This document shows, one piece after another, positions 11,007 through 21,249 of a stretch of DNA of 64,000 bases. The position numbers were made by a program, and so were the translations under genes. Source of the stretch: an uncultured delta proteobacterium (GTDB taxonomy: Bacteria; Desulfobacterota; Desulfobacteria; Desulfobacterales; B30-G6); the NCBI GenBank assembly GCA_963823335.1, contig CAWGLD010000004.1:160001-224000 (forward strand), read 5' to 3'. Within the stretch, counting starts at the first letter, position 1. Each line of letters begins with the position of its first letter. Below the pieces are notes generated by a model, which saw nothing but the letters and a program-made list of their open reading frames with translations, was not told where the DNA came from and did not search any database.

Positions 11007-14000
11007 TTACTTTGTCATCCTCTCGTGCAACCGTTCCGCCTGTAGGCAGAAGGCCTCCAGCTTTGCGTGGATGAGCTGCGGAAAAGGTGACCCGTCACTT
11101 TCAAGTGCCAGAAAGGGCAATGCTTCAATGGTTTCGAGTGTTTTTTGCAAATGGGTATCTGAGGGGGTCAACTGAAGTTTGTCCTCTCGTTGCATAGCTT
11201 TGCTTAGTATTGCCTCCGACAGTCGATTGGGCATGCATCCAAAGGGTCCTATGGCGATGACGCCACAGACATGGGATGCGATTTCGAGTAGGGAACTCCC
11301 AATGGTCAATATGGCCTCGCCTGTCAAGTCGGGTGATATATAAGGGGTGGCATGCCGGATAATATCCTTCATGACCAAAGGCGTGCTTGCCAGGAGTCCG
11401 GATCCTGCGAGAATGGACCGGATGCTATGCTCGTCATGTGCCATGATTTTTTTTCGAAGCTTGAAGCGTAATTTCTCCATCATCGACATGCCACCTCCGA
11501 CAATCCCTTTTTGGATAAGGAAATCGGTGTAGTGAATCCATTCCGCCACGGGTGAACAGATGGTTGCCATCCCCATTTCAGCCAGCTGTTCCGGGATGTT
11601 TTGACGAGAAAGTGTATCCTTTCTCACAAATATTTCACCGGTCAGTAAGACTTTTGATACGCATGCCACAGGCCGTTTTAACGGAATGCCGGCGAGATCG
11701 CCCGCTCCTGCGCTTAAACGTATGAGGAGCTGATTAAAATCGACTGTCTTGAGGCTGTCCAGGAGGCCTTCCCAGATCGTTTGAAACAGGTGTAGCGCTT
11801 CAGACACATGCACGGCATTTGCCAAAAGCATGGACCGGATGTCTTCCATCATGTCAGATACAACGACTGCCCACCAGGCTGCCCGGTCGAAAGTTTTGTG
11901 CAACCCGAGATAGGCATTTTCGGATGAAAGGGAGAGCATGGCTACATCGGGTATGCCAAGCCTCTTTATCAGATCCTCCATGAAGATATAATACTGACCG
12001 AACCGGCAGGGGCCGGTACCGGTAGCCATGAAATAGACCAAAATTTCACCCGGCTTTTGGCGGGTATGGATATAGTTCAGCAGGGACCCCGTGGTCAGGA
12101 TCAATGGAAGGCATTCCTTGCAAGAGGTATGGCCTCTCCCCAGCTTTAAAATCGATTCATCCGCCGGAGGATGAGCAATGGCATTGATGCCAAGGCCATT
12201 AAAGACGGCGGTTATGGCCTCTGAAGCCAGTTTACCCATGGACGGCAGCAGGACCGTGACACGGGGATCTGTGAGTATAACCTTTTCACCGGCGGCAGTC
12301 ACGACGGTTACCCTGCCGTTGACAAGGGATGTTCCGGTCATCTTGAAAGGGTGTTCCGCCATGTCGATTTTCTGACGCTTGACGAGCTGCCTGAAGGCTG
12401 AGACAATATCGGTAAAGGCTTCGATTCTGGTGTCGATCCCGGCATCCGCCGTATGGCTGTCCAGTTCCAGGGTCAGGGATGGTTTTTTCCCCATTATTGA
12501 TCTGAAATAACCCACCAGAAACGAGTCGGGTCCGCATGAAAAATTGGTGATAAACACACCGAAAAGCTGGGGGTGCTGCTTGACGAACCGCGCAGCTTTC
12601 AGGATCATCTGACCCATTCCCCAATACATGTGGCGTTTAGGCTTCTCGTTATCGAAGGGGATAAAATCGAAGGGTATGACAAGGATTCCTCGGGATGCCA
12701 GTTTGCGTGGGATCCCCATATTGGCTTCTTCCACCAATCCATTGTAGGACCGCGAAAAAATGACGACACCGATTTTTTCAGAATCCGATTCGAGCTCGGC
12801 CAAGGCTTGTTGCCCGAGCATTTTCATTTCAGTCATGCATCGCATTTGTTGAGTATATGCCTCATCAAACGCTCTCTTGGCGGCCTTTCCGGAAAATCCC
12901 ATTTTCAACGCTGTCGTGACCATGGGGGTCCTGGCATCTTCCAGACCGTTTTTCAGATCCAGGAGCGGTTGGAGAATCCGGGTGCCTCTTTTCTGTAAAC
13001 CCCGAAGCTGTTCTCTGAAAGTCGTTTGCAGAAAAAATGTTTCACCTTGCACAAATGGACAGACTTGTGAAGACCGGTCGCCATTTTGTGCAGGAATGGA
13101 TTTGAAATGGGGTAAAAAAAGATGTTCGGGTGGCGGGTCGGCTGTAATCAGGGAGTGAAAAAAACCATGCGAAAGCTCGGCCGGATAACAGAACGGCGCA
13201 TTGCGCTGGTCGATCCCGCTATACGAGATGCCTTCCGGCAGAACCGGCCGGTAACCGAGTAAAGAAAAAAAGGTCGAATACAGCGGATAATAGGTGTTGA
13301 CCATGAAACTCCTGTTGATGCCGATGGATCCTTTTTCCGCCTGCCTGTAACGTTGCGGACCGTTGACCCCATATTTTTCAAAAACAAGCCGCTGGCGGAT
13401 TCTCACCAGATCGAGCGTGTCAACAGGATGTTTTACCTTGTGCCGGAGGTTGTCATATCGATTGCACGCACCGCCGAACGGGTAGCGCCTTCCTTCGATT
13501 TCGATCAATTCAATGGGGCATTGCCGATCACATTTTTCCTTACCTCCTTTGCAGATGAAGGGTTTCCCATAAGCAACACGTCGATGGGCAAGGGTTTTCA
13601 GCGAGAAGGCTTTCACCGCTGTCATTCCGGCTTCGATACGCTTTTTGACCACCAGCGCCACACCAAAAGCACCCATGAGTCCTGGCTCCGGGGGAACGAT
13701 AATAGGCTTTCCGGTAATCGACGCCATGGCCATGGGGACTGCCCTGTTGTAACACACGCCCCCCTGTAGAAAGATTTTATTGCCGATGGGTCTGTTTCCT
13801 TTGACACGATTGGCATAATTCATACAGATGGCGTAGACTAGCCCGGCCACGATGTCCTCGTGTCGAATGTCTTCATGGATGGCATTTTTGATGTCCGATG
13901 ATATGAATGCAGCACATTGATCATTGAAATTCGGCGGCTTTTCTCCTTTTAATGCTACGGAAGCGATATCTTCCATGCCGAGACCGAGAGATTCCATGGC

Positions 14001-15338
14001 GGATTCTTCCAGAAAGGAGCCGGTTCCGGCAGAACAGGCTTCGTTCATGGCATAATCAGAGGGAACACCATTGTTAATATAGGTATATTTGGCATCCTGG
14101 CCTCCGATTTCAAATATCGTATCGACCTGGGGATCAAAGTATACCGCAGCCGTTGCGTGAGCGATAATTTCATTGATGACACAGTCGGTTAACGCATGGA
14201 GCCCGGCTATTTGTCGACCTGAACCGCATACACCAAGCCCGATGATCGATAGGTCGGAAGGTTCCACCCGGTGTTGAACCTGTTCCAGAATCCGGGCATA
14301 ACATTTACGGCTGGCCCCTACCGGGTCTCCATTTGTTCGCAGGTATACAGATGCCAGCAGGGCCTGATCCGACTTTCTTAACAATACTGCCTTGGTTGTT
14401 GTGGAGCCTACGTCGAGTCCGAGGATACAGGTATCGCCGGGTACGATCATACCCATGGCCATTGATTTAAACGTTACCCGATCTTTGAAAGGAATCAGCG
14501 GTGGTAGTGACTGGAATGAAGCCATTCCTGTCTTAAAGATGTCGTTAGCGTCCGTTATCGGGATCGTTTCGTTTTTGAGTGCCCACAAGGCGGCTCCCAT
14601 GGCTTCAAAATAGGGACCGGTTTCAGGTACGATGAGACCGGGAATTTTCTGCCGTAGGTACGCCACCATCATATGGTTTTTAACCGAACCTCCGGTGATC
14701 ATAATGTCGCGTTTTTCAACTTTTTTAAGAAGCTCTATAATTTTGCCCGCCATCATTTTACAGAGACCGGCTGTGACCTTTGATTTGGGGGTGCCCCTGT
14801 TGGTGGCATGTGTGCAATCGGATTTACAGAAAACAGAACAACGACCCGAGACGTGGTGAGGGGTCGCTTCAACCGCCCATTGAGCTGCCTCATCCAGGCT
14901 GACGTTCATTCTTTTGATTTGCTGCAGAAAGAATTCACCTGTTCCGGAGGCGCATTTGTTGCCAGTCAGTACATTAGATATTCGGCCTGAACTGTCCAAG
15001 ACGTAGACCATAAAGGTTTCACCACCGGCCGATACAATCGCAGGGCACGAAATACCCTTTGGTTTGATGTAGCCATAGGCGTGCTCTACGGACTCAGGCT
15101 CGGAAATGGATGAAAGGTGGATAAACTTACGGAATTTTCTGCCTGTAGCGGCAATCCTATCGAAAGAAGTCAGATCCAGCGCGCCAAGTGCCGATCTAAG
15201 TGTTTTTTTTGGATTGCCGTCATGGGGGTGGCGTGAGAAATTGACGATATTTGGCCGGTCAATACCAGCCGTGGTATTCTGTTCCAACTGGACCATGGAA
15301 ACGGTTGATGCACCAAGACATATGCCGAGAGTTTTCAT
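11007..15338 (-). CDS. CoA-substrate-specific enzyme activase (two BadF/BcrAD-type ATPase domains plus DUF2229-like C-terminal part)
   Basis: NKCASGTGEFF, GLDVGSTTTK, EIGGQDAK, MNEACSAGTGSFL, NFSCGPD, PFGCMP. Confidence 0.9.
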   Translation of the reverse strand: MKTLGICLGASTVSMVQLEQNTTAGIDRPNIVNFSRHPHDGNPKKTLRSALGALDLTSFDRIAATGRKFRKFIHLSSISEPESVEHAYGYIKPKGISCPAIVSAGGETFMVYVLDSSGRISNVLTGNKCASGTGEFFLQQIKRMNVSLDEAAQWAVEATPHHVSGRCSVFCKSDCTHATNRGTPKSKVTAGLCKMMAGKIIELLKKVEKRDIMITGGSVKNHMMVAYLRQKIPGLIVPETGPYFEAMGAALWALKNETIPITDANDIFKTGMASFQSLPPLIPFKDRVTFKSMAMGMIVPGDTCILGLDVGSTTTKAVLLRKSDQALLASVYLRTNGDPVGASRKCYARILEQVQHRVEPSDLSIIGLGVCGSGRQIAGLHALTDCVINEIIAHATAAVYFDPQVDTIFEIGGQDAKYTYINNGVPSDYAMNEACSAGTGSFLEESAMESLGLGMEDIASVALKGEKPPNFNDQCAAFISSDIKNAIHEDIRHEDIVAGLVYAICMNYANRVKGNRPIGNKIFLQGGVCYNRAVPMAMASITGKPIIVPPEPGLMGAFGVALVVKKRIEAGMTAVKAFSLKTLAHRRVAYGKPFICKGGKEKCDRQCPIELIEIEGRRYPFGGACNRYDNLRHKVKHPVDTLDLVRIRQRLVFEKYGVNGPQRYRQAEKGSIGINRSFMVNTYYPLYSTFFSLLGYRPVLPEGISYSGIDQRNAPFCYPAELSHGFFHSLITADPPPEHLFLPHFKSIPAQNGDRSSQVCPFVQGETFFLQTTFREQLRGLQKRGTRILQPLLDLKNGLEDARTPMVTTALKMGFSGKAAKRAFDEAYTQQMRCMTEMKMLGQQALAELESDSEKIGVVIFSRSYNGLVEEANMGIPRKLASRGILVIPFDFIPFDNEKPKRHMYWGMGQMILKAARFVKQHPQLFGVFITNFSCGPDSFLVGYFRSIMGKKPSLTLELDSHTADAGIDTRIEAFTDIVSAFRQLVKRQKIDMAEHPFKMTGTSLVNGRVTVVTAAGEKVILTDPRVTVLLPSMGKLASEAITAVFNGLGINAIAHPPADESILKLGRGHTSCKECLPLILTTGSLLNYIHTRQKPGEILVYFMATGTGPCRFGQYYIFMEDLIKRLGIPDVAMLSLSSENAYLGLHKTFDRAAWWAVVVSDMMEDIRSMLLANAVHVSEALHLFQTIWEGLLDSLKTVDFNQLLIRLSAGAGDLAGIPLKRPVACVSKVLLTGEIFVRKDTLSRQNIPEQLAEMGMATICSPVAEWIHYTDFLIQKGIVGGGMSMMEKLRFKLRKKIMAHDEHSIRSILAGSGLLASTPLVMKDIIRHATPYISPDLTGEAILTIGSSLLEIASHVCGVIAIGPFGCMPNRLSEAILSKAMQREDKLQLTPSDTHLQKTLETIEALPFLALESDGSPFPQLIHAKLEAFCLQAERLHERMTK

Positions 15339-15506
15339 GGCCCCTCATTCTTGTGTTATTTTGGGGGTAGATGGAGTTTTCGATAATTATTTTCTAAAAA
15401 TCTATCATTCCATAAAGCTGCAAAGGTTGTGATGTTTTGAAATTCTGGGATTATAAGTACATAAAGATACTGACACCATACCTCAGTTTTTGTCGTTTTT
15501 TTACGG

Positions 15507-15676
15507 CATATGGAGAAAATCTTTATAATTTGGGAATTTGGAAATATTACCGATACCATCTGGTCATGCCCACGGTACCATGGGAGCCCCTATCAATGCA
15601 AGATTTGGTCGATTGTGATTATTTTCGCACATCGGTAAATTTTCAGGGGTATGATATCTACCGTTTTGTTGGAGAT
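15507..15676 (+). repeat. Repeat family R1, copy D
   Basis: TATTACCGATACCATCTGGTCATGCCCACGGTACCATGGG...CGCACATCGGTAAA...GATATCTACCGTTTTGTTGGAGAT; ends 17 bp from the stop codon at 15694. Confidence 0.9.
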
Positions 15677-15693
15677 AGTGCAAGTTTCATTTA

Positions 15694-16380
15694 CTAACAA
15701 TTAAAAGGGTAAAGGTAACGTTCACTAGGGCTCCATAAAAACGTCACTTCTGCAGGTTGAAATTCGACTCCATTAACACACATTGGAGGAAGCATAATGC
15801 TAAATTCTTGAGGATTACCAAACATCCCATCTGTCTCTATGTCTATATACATATGTGTGCCATATTCCCCTTTTCCTTGAAGTGTCCACCCAAATGGCGC
15901 CAATTTCAAATTATTCTCATCACGAGAAGACCTAACATATACAAGCCAGTTAGGGCATATATTTCGGTATCGAGTTTCTCTAATTTCCACTTTTTTTATT
16001 CTAAACTCGTATTCGTTTTCTGCCTGCGGATTTTTTAATACAATGATATTTGATTTAAAATCCAAAACACTTCCTGTCGGCACATATATTCCTATCTCTC
16101 CAAAAACACCCTTGCCCGTTGCACCGCTTATCAGTCCTTCGATTCCCTTTTCCCCATTCCATGCGGCCAAGAATAACTGAACTCCTTTAGGCCCCTCAAT
16201 TACAAGGACTTCCTCAGGGCCAGTACCACCACAGCAATCTCTCCTCGCAACATGGTGTTCAACTCCGTTGTAAATAGGGTGAAAGTATGGACCCATCTCA
16301 ATATAAGCACACGCTGACAACCATACGGGTGCCAGTGGTAAAAGAAGTAAAATCGAGATGAATTTTAACATAACCACCAC
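15694..16380 (-). CDS. Hypothetical lipoprotein (AT-rich)
   Basis: 228-aa ORF with hydrophobic N-terminus and LSAC lipobox. Confidence 0.65.
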   Translation of the reverse strand: MVVMLKFISILLLLPLAPVWLSACAYIEMGPYFHPIYNGVEHHVARRDCCGGTGPEEVLVIEGPKGVQLFLAAWNGEKGIEGLISGATGKGVFGEIGIYVPTGSVLDFKSNIIVLKNPQAENEYEFRIKKVEIRETRYRNICPNWLVYVRSSRDENNLKLAPFGWTLQGKGEYGTHMYIDIETDGMFGNPQEFSIMLPPMCVNGVEFQPAEVTFLWSPSERYLYPFNC

Positions 16381-16413
16381 ATCTTGGGCCTATCTTTGTT
16401 ATTGTCAAACCGT

Positions 16414-16472
16414 TGATACATGGAGAGATGTCCAGTTATCATACTCAACAAAATTATTACCGATACCATCTG
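16414..16472 (+). repeat. Repeat family R1, copy E, left half
   Basis: TGATACATGGAGAGATGTCCAGTTATC...TATTACCGATACCATCTG, then similarity stops. Confidence 0.8.
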
Positions 16473-16649
16473 AATATATGCAGTCTATCGTAATTTTGAA
16501 ACACGTGTCAAATGGTAGCGGCTAATAACGCTGCTTTGTTCCAATAAACAAAATGCTTTTAGCAGGCGCCAGTAGACAGCTTGTCTGTGATACTTTGTTG
16601 GTCTCCAATCGCATATTAAGAAAATGGATTGACTGTCTCGGTAACCTAT

Positions 16650-16975
16650 CAGGCATTTTTGGATGAAGCGAGTAAAACCGTTTCATTTCAAAGAACGATC
16701 AATATCTTGATTATGGACAATGCCTCATGGCATCGAAAAATATCGACCAAATGGCATGGATGACAACCAAAATATTTGCCACCATATTCGCCAGATTTAA
16801 ATCCTATCGAAAGAATCTGGCTTACAATGAAAGCACGCTGGTTCAATAATCATGTTTGTAAAAACGAAGAACAACTATTAGAGCGCTTGGGTCAGGCCAT
16901 ATTAGATGTCATATATACTCCCTTGCGGACTCAAAAAACCGCCGCTATCGGAACGTTATTATGACAAACGCTCTA
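16650..16975 (+). mobile_element. IS630-family transposase remnant (3' part, in-frame stop) with right terminal repeat
   Basis: ILIMDNASWH...G*QPKYLPPYSPDLNPIERIW DDE motifs; end TCGGAACGTTATTATGACAAACGCTCTA. Confidence 0.85.
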
Positions 16976-16979
16976 ATTT

Positions 16980-17040
16980 ATGATTATCTTCGCACATCGG
17001 CAGTTTTTCAGGCGCCTGATATCTACCGTTTTGTTTGAGA
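16980..17040 (+). repeat. Repeat family R1, copy E, right half
   Basis: TGATTATCTTCGCACATCGG...TCAGGCGCCTGATATCTACCGTTTTGTT, starting just after the IS630 end. Confidence 0.8.
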
Positions 17041-17188
17041 AATTACCGGTTTTGAGAGGAATCTTTTTCGAGTGACCACGATGATGTGTCGTAGGTTCAA
17101 GGCAACACGCATGAATGATACTACCATAATGGCCATGTGATAGAAATTGTAAATGGGATCATTCGGGTCATATGGCCCGGCTGATCCT

Positions 17189-18919
17189 TCACTCGGCCTC
17201 TTGAGCCTCCTCTCTTAATAATAAATCTCTGAGCTCTCGCTTTAATACCTTCCCGACACCACTGACTGGTATCGCATCTATAAAGCGGACCTCCCTGATT
17301 TTTTTATATGCTGCAATCTGGCTGTTGGTAAATTCCATCAATTGACCTGCAGTGATTTCACCACCCGCCATCAGTTGAACAAAGGCCACTGGCGATTCCC
17401 CCACTTCCAGGTCGGGCTTCCCTACTACTGCGCACTGCTCGACATCGGGATGCGAAAAGATGACTTCTTCCAGTTCTCTCGGATAGACATTGTAACCCTT
17501 GTAAATGATCATGTCTTTTTCACGATCGGTAATGTAAAAGTACCCATCATCATCCATATAACCGATGTCACCGGAATGAAGCCAACCCTCTTTCAGAACC
17601 CGACCGGTCTCTTCAGGTTTGTTCCAGTATCCCTGCATCACCTGGGGGCCTTTTATACAGATTTCACCCCTTTCACCAGGCGGCAGGTCTTGTCCCGTTC
17701 CAAGATCCACGACTTTGCACTCTGTGTCGAAGACAGGAATCCCGACCGATCCCTGCCGGATGGCGGTTCTTTCCGGCGGGTTGGCTGTAGCTCCCATGGT
17801 GCATTCAGTCATACCGTAACCCTCGCACACTACGCCGGAAAATGCAGAAAGCATTTGTTCGAGTACCGACATGGCCAGCGGTGCGGCACCCGAGGAGACC
17901 AGTTTAACACCGGAAAGATCATATTTTTTAAAATCCGGCAAGTTGATCAGAGGGATAAAAAGCTGAGGGGCACCACCCAGGGCCGTGGCGCTGTATTTTT
18001 GAATGCCGTCCAGAAATTCCTGGGGTTCAAAGCGGGGATACACCACCATTGTGGACCCGCCAAAGACGGGATTGTTCAGATAGCCGACGGTGCCCATGGC
18101 ATGAAACCATGGGACGACCACCAGGGCAGTCTCCCGGTCCTTTGCGGTGATGCGATCCGCTATTGGATCGACTCCCGGGGGAAACACAGTGATGGGTACG
18201 CCGTCCTGAATTTCTATCTGTGCCCCGGAAAACCAGTTGGCATACTGACATGTATTTGCGACCACATTATAATGCGTCAGCATGACTCCCTTTGAGAGCC
18301 CAGTGGTACCGCCTGTATAAGCCAGGTGGGCCAGATCATTGAATACGTCTATCTCAACACCGGGTACGTCGGGTTCATTGTTTTGGAGAAGGTCGGCCAT
18401 GTCCATGGTATCCGGAACGGCTATTTTTGAAAGCGGCTTCAGGGGTTGAATCACGGGATTGTAACAATCTGCAATGCTGGTAGTTATCACATGTTTGACG
18501 TTGGTTTCAGTAATAATCTCCGCTATGCTGGGATAGATCAAGTCTAAGGAGACTAGTACTCGGGCATCAGCATCGTTAAGTTGGTAAACAATCTCTTTAG
18601 GTGCCAAAAGCGGGCTCAAAGGTGTGAATACGGCCCCCACTTTGAGTATGCCATAATAGGCGATTGCGAATTGGGGGCAATTTGGCAGATGAATGGCCAC
18701 CTTGTCGCTCTTTTTCAATCCCAAGGAAACCAGTGCAGCTGCAAAGCGGTCTGCCAAGTTTCTCAACTCGCTGAAGGTCAGCTCCATGCCGCCAAAGATA
18801 ATGGCCAGGCGATTCGGAACCCGATCCGATGTGTGATCCAGAAATTTGAATACAGGCTGCTCGGGATAATTGAGGCTTTTAGGCCATTGATCGGGCCATG
18901 CATTGAAGTTTTTTGCCAT
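17189..18919 (-). CDS. Long-chain fatty acid-CoA ligase (AMP-binding)
   Basis: YTGGTTGLSKG, EGYGMTE, WLHSGDIG, DREKDMI, GKVLKR. Confidence 0.92.
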   Translation of the reverse strand: MAKNFNAWPDQWPKSLNYPEQPVFKFLDHTSDRVPNRLAIIFGGMELTFSELRNLADRFAAALVSLGLKKSDKVAIHLPNCPQFAIAYYGILKVGAVFTPLSPLLAPKEIVYQLNDADARVLVSLDLIYPSIAEIITETNVKHVITTSIADCYNPVIQPLKPLSKIAVPDTMDMADLLQNNEPDVPGVEIDVFNDLAHLAYTGGTTGLSKGVMLTHYNVVANTCQYANWFSGAQIEIQDGVPITVFPPGVDPIADRITAKDRETALVVVPWFHAMGTVGYLNNPVFGGSTMVVYPRFEPQEFLDGIQKYSATALGGAPQLFIPLINLPDFKKYDLSGVKLVSSGAAPLAMSVLEQMLSAFSGVVCEGYGMTECTMGATANPPERTAIRQGSVGIPVFDTECKVVDLGTGQDLPPGERGEICIKGPQVMQGYWNKPEETGRVLKEGWLHSGDIGYMDDDGYFYITDREKDMIIYKGYNVYPRELEEVIFSHPDVEQCAVVGKPDLEVGESPVAFVQLMAGGEITAGQLMEFTNSQIAAYKKIREVRFIDAIPVSGVGKVLKRELRDLLLREEAQEAE

Positions 18920-18964
18920 AATAACCTCCTTTCGTTCTTTGAATTGCTTGCCTGTTGTTCTATG

Positions 18965-19122
18965 CCGGTATGCTGCTCAATCTGTTCAGAAATCACCGCC
19001 CTATATGCTTTAAGCGTCTTAACCGTAAAGGCTTCATCGTCAGACATCAGGAGAGAGTAGCTCTTGACATCAGCAGACAGGATGGCCCTGAGTTTCCTTG
19101 TAACTTTATCTTCAGTGGGCAT
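18965..19122 (-). pseudogene. 5' stub of a class III adenylate/guanylate cyclase gene
   Basis: MPTEDKVTRKLRAILSADVKSYSLLMSDDEAFTVKTLKAYR resembles the RKLxAILSADVxGYSRLM cyclase N-terminus; truncated after ~50 aa. Confidence 0.75.
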
Positions 19123-19218
19123 GAAGATCACCTTCGGTATAGCAGGTTGTGGTTCAAAGAATTCAGGTGTTTCGGACAAGGCATTTCGCGAGAAATCCTA
19201 CCATGGCTTCACCGTTGA

Positions 19219-19254
19219 GGAGAATATTCCCAGTTAGGCCAACCTGCAGATATC
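19219..19254 (+). repeat. Repeat family R2, copy 2
   Basis: GGAGAATATTCCCAGTTAGGCCAACCTGCAGATATC. Confidence 0.8.
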
Positions 19255-19311
19255 ATGTACAATGAGGTTTTTTTCGGTATGGTTATGGAAACAGTCAAAG
19301 AAAGATTCGCC

Positions 19312-19659
19312 TCAAGCGATTCTGACATTTTCTGCCCCTTTAAACAACTGAATAATCTCCCTTATATAGGCGCATTCGCATTTAGCCGTACAAGGTCTCA
19401 ATTCCTCCTTGTTCAAGCAGTACTCGGGGCACTCATCAGTTCCAGTCTTTGCCTCCTTAAATATTGGACCATCATAAAGATCGACAAATCGATTGGCGGA
19501 TAAAATAATGGTATTCTTACAACTGTGGTTGAAATATAAGAATCCAGCTTCCAGTTTTTTAAAATTCGCTTGATAGCCGATGATTTCAATGTCCCGGTCG
19601 ATAATAAAATCTTGACGAGAATACCATATATATTTACAAACGTTACAATTCTTAAACAT
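19312..19659 (-). CDS. Cys-rich hypothetical protein (possible metal-binding)
   Basis: CxxC N-terminus, HxC, C-x3-C...C-x3-CxC C-terminus; GAAGG RBS. Confidence 0.7.
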   Translation of the reverse strand: MFKNCNVCKYIWYSRQDFIIDRDIEIIGYQANFKKLEAGFLYFNHSCKNTIILSANRFVDLYDGPIFKEAKTGTDECPEYCLNKEELRPCTAKCECAYIREIIQLFKGAENVRIA

Positions 19660-19778
19660 AAAAGTGCCTTCATTTTCTATTGTATCAGCTGAAAATAAAA
19701 TATGAGTCGCAATACAGATTTATGGAATCTACAGTTTGGCCTATATGCAGATAACATCAAACCATCGTCCATATGTAT

Positions 19779-20105
19779 TTACATTTTAATTTTTCGTGGA
19801 GAAGTTTCTATTTTTTCAGGTAACGAATCTGGATCATATAAAGATCGCATGATTCGCCATTGAAGAATTCTCTTTTTTCTTAGTTTGATAGGATCTTTCC
19901 ATACATTAAATTCTGAATTGTAACCATTTCTAAGTCTCGCTCTTAAAACTTTTTCCCTCTCCCAAACAATTATTTCATAGTGTATTTTATCAATGACAAG
20001 ACCATCAGAGTCAAAATGAACCGTGTCTCCAAATACAAATGGAACTTGGTAAATTAACGCAATACAAATGATTGTTAAAATCATAAATATTAAATTTTTT
20101 TTCAA
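19779..20105 (-). CDS. Hypothetical exported/membrane protein (AT-rich)
   Basis: 108-aa ORF with N-terminal hydrophobic helix; GAGGG RBS before TTG. Confidence 0.55.
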   Translation of the reverse strand: MKKNLIFMILTIICIALIYQVPFVFGDTVHFDSDGLVIDKIHYEIIVWEREKVLRARLRNGYNSEFNVWKDPIKLRKKRILQWRIMRSLYDPDSLPEKIETSPRKIKM

Positions 20106-20280
20106 ATTAATCCCTCAGTATCTATCTTACAACCTTCACAATGTTAACATTGATCGATCCATGTATGATTTGGAAGCAAGGTTAAATAGATACATGATTT
20201 TGTAGGATGGGTCAAGAAAACGAAAGGTCAGACATTTCGTATGGCCTTTTTGGGAGTTAATCCTTATAGGCTCGAGCCTT

Positions 20281-20374
20281 TGATATATGGAGAGATGTTT
20301 AGTTATCAAGCCCAACCAAATTATTGCCGATACCATCTGGTCATGTCCACGGTACCACGGAGGGGGATATGAAT
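20281..20374 (+). repeat. Repeat family R1, copy F (3'-truncated)
   Basis: TGATATATGGAGAGATG...TATTGCCGATACCATCTGGTCATGTCCACGGTACCACGG...ATGAAT. Confidence 0.8.
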
Positions 20375-20410
20375 ATTGGGAGTATATTCCATTTGTATGT
20401 ATCTCGCAAA

Positions 20411-21037
20411 TTAAGAAGATCGTTGCATAGCAGCAGTAAATATACCAGCTCCAATTAACGCACTCCCACCAAACCGGTTGAACCATCTACGGACTTTATC
20501 CTTTTTCATCTGATCACCCAATTTACCTGCAAATATCGCATATAGGGATGCATTGATAGTCGCTAATATCAAAAATGTTCCGCCAAGCAACATTAATTGA
20601 GAAAAAGCTGGCTTGAAAGGATCGATAAACTGTGGGAGGAAGGCTACAAAAAAAGCAATGCCTTTGGGGTTAAGGGCCGTCACGATGAAAGAACTCCTGA
20701 GGAATGATCGTGCTGAATTATTTTTTGTATTATATTGGATAGAACTATTTTCAGGGTTTAACTTCCATAATTTTATCCCAAGATAGACCAGATAAATTGC
20801 GCCAATCCATTTGAAAATAGTGAACATGGCTGCCGAAGTAGACATTAGCGCCCCAAGCCCTAAAAGCGAAAGCATCATTGCCGTTAAATCTCCCAAGAGA
20901 ACCCCTATTACAAGCGGAACCACTGACCTACGCCCATGGGTTACAGCCTGGCTTATTACTAAAAGAATTGTGGGGCCTGGTATAATGAGTATTAAAGTTG
21001 CCGCAAAGACAAAAGGAATCCAAAGTTCCATATTCAT
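20411..21037 (-). CDS. LysE/RhtB-family amino acid exporter
   Basis: IPGPTILL, KWIGAIYLVYLG, LNPKGIAFF. Confidence 0.92.
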   Translation of the reverse strand: MNMELWIPFVFAATLILIIPGPTILLVISQAVTHGRRSVVPLVIGVLLGDLTAMMLSLLGLGALMSTSAAMFTIFKWIGAIYLVYLGIKLWKLNPENSSIQYNTKNNSARSFLRSSFIVTALNPKGIAFFVAFLPQFIDPFKPAFSQLMLLGGTFLILATINASLYAIFAGKLGDQMKKDKVRRWFNRFGGSALIGAGIFTAAMQRSS

Positions 21038-21115
21038 TATTCCCTCCTAAAGGAATCCAATATCTCAGATATCTTTGTCATATTACCCAGCTAAAAGGAA
21101 TTCTGCCTAATTTAG

Positions 21116-21195
21116 ATTCGCTCGCTAACCCCGCAGCATGCGAAGCACTGCCGGACGGCAGAACCTACGGGTAATGCACTCGCTGTTTCGGTTCA
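21116..21195 (+). repeat. REP-like palindromic family R3
   Basis: TTCGCTCGCTAACCCCGCAGCA[TGCGAAGCACTGCCGGACGGCAGAAC]CTACGGG...GGTTCA; related to copies at 36.2, 42.8 and 58.4 kb. Confidence 0.8.
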
Positions 21196-21249
21196 AGGCT
21201 TAAGGGTATTCAGTATAAAATCAATAAGACAAAACATCGTTAACATACC

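Noticed and set aside
15437-15697. R1 as a repeated protein-coding gene (+ frame YRYHLVMPTVPW...; - frame SNKTVDIxPLK.YRCAKIITIDQILHS*)
   Set aside because: In-frame stops in several copies, 1-nt indels in copies C and G, and no conserved start. Some - frame differences are synonymous, so a decayed coding origin is not fully excluded
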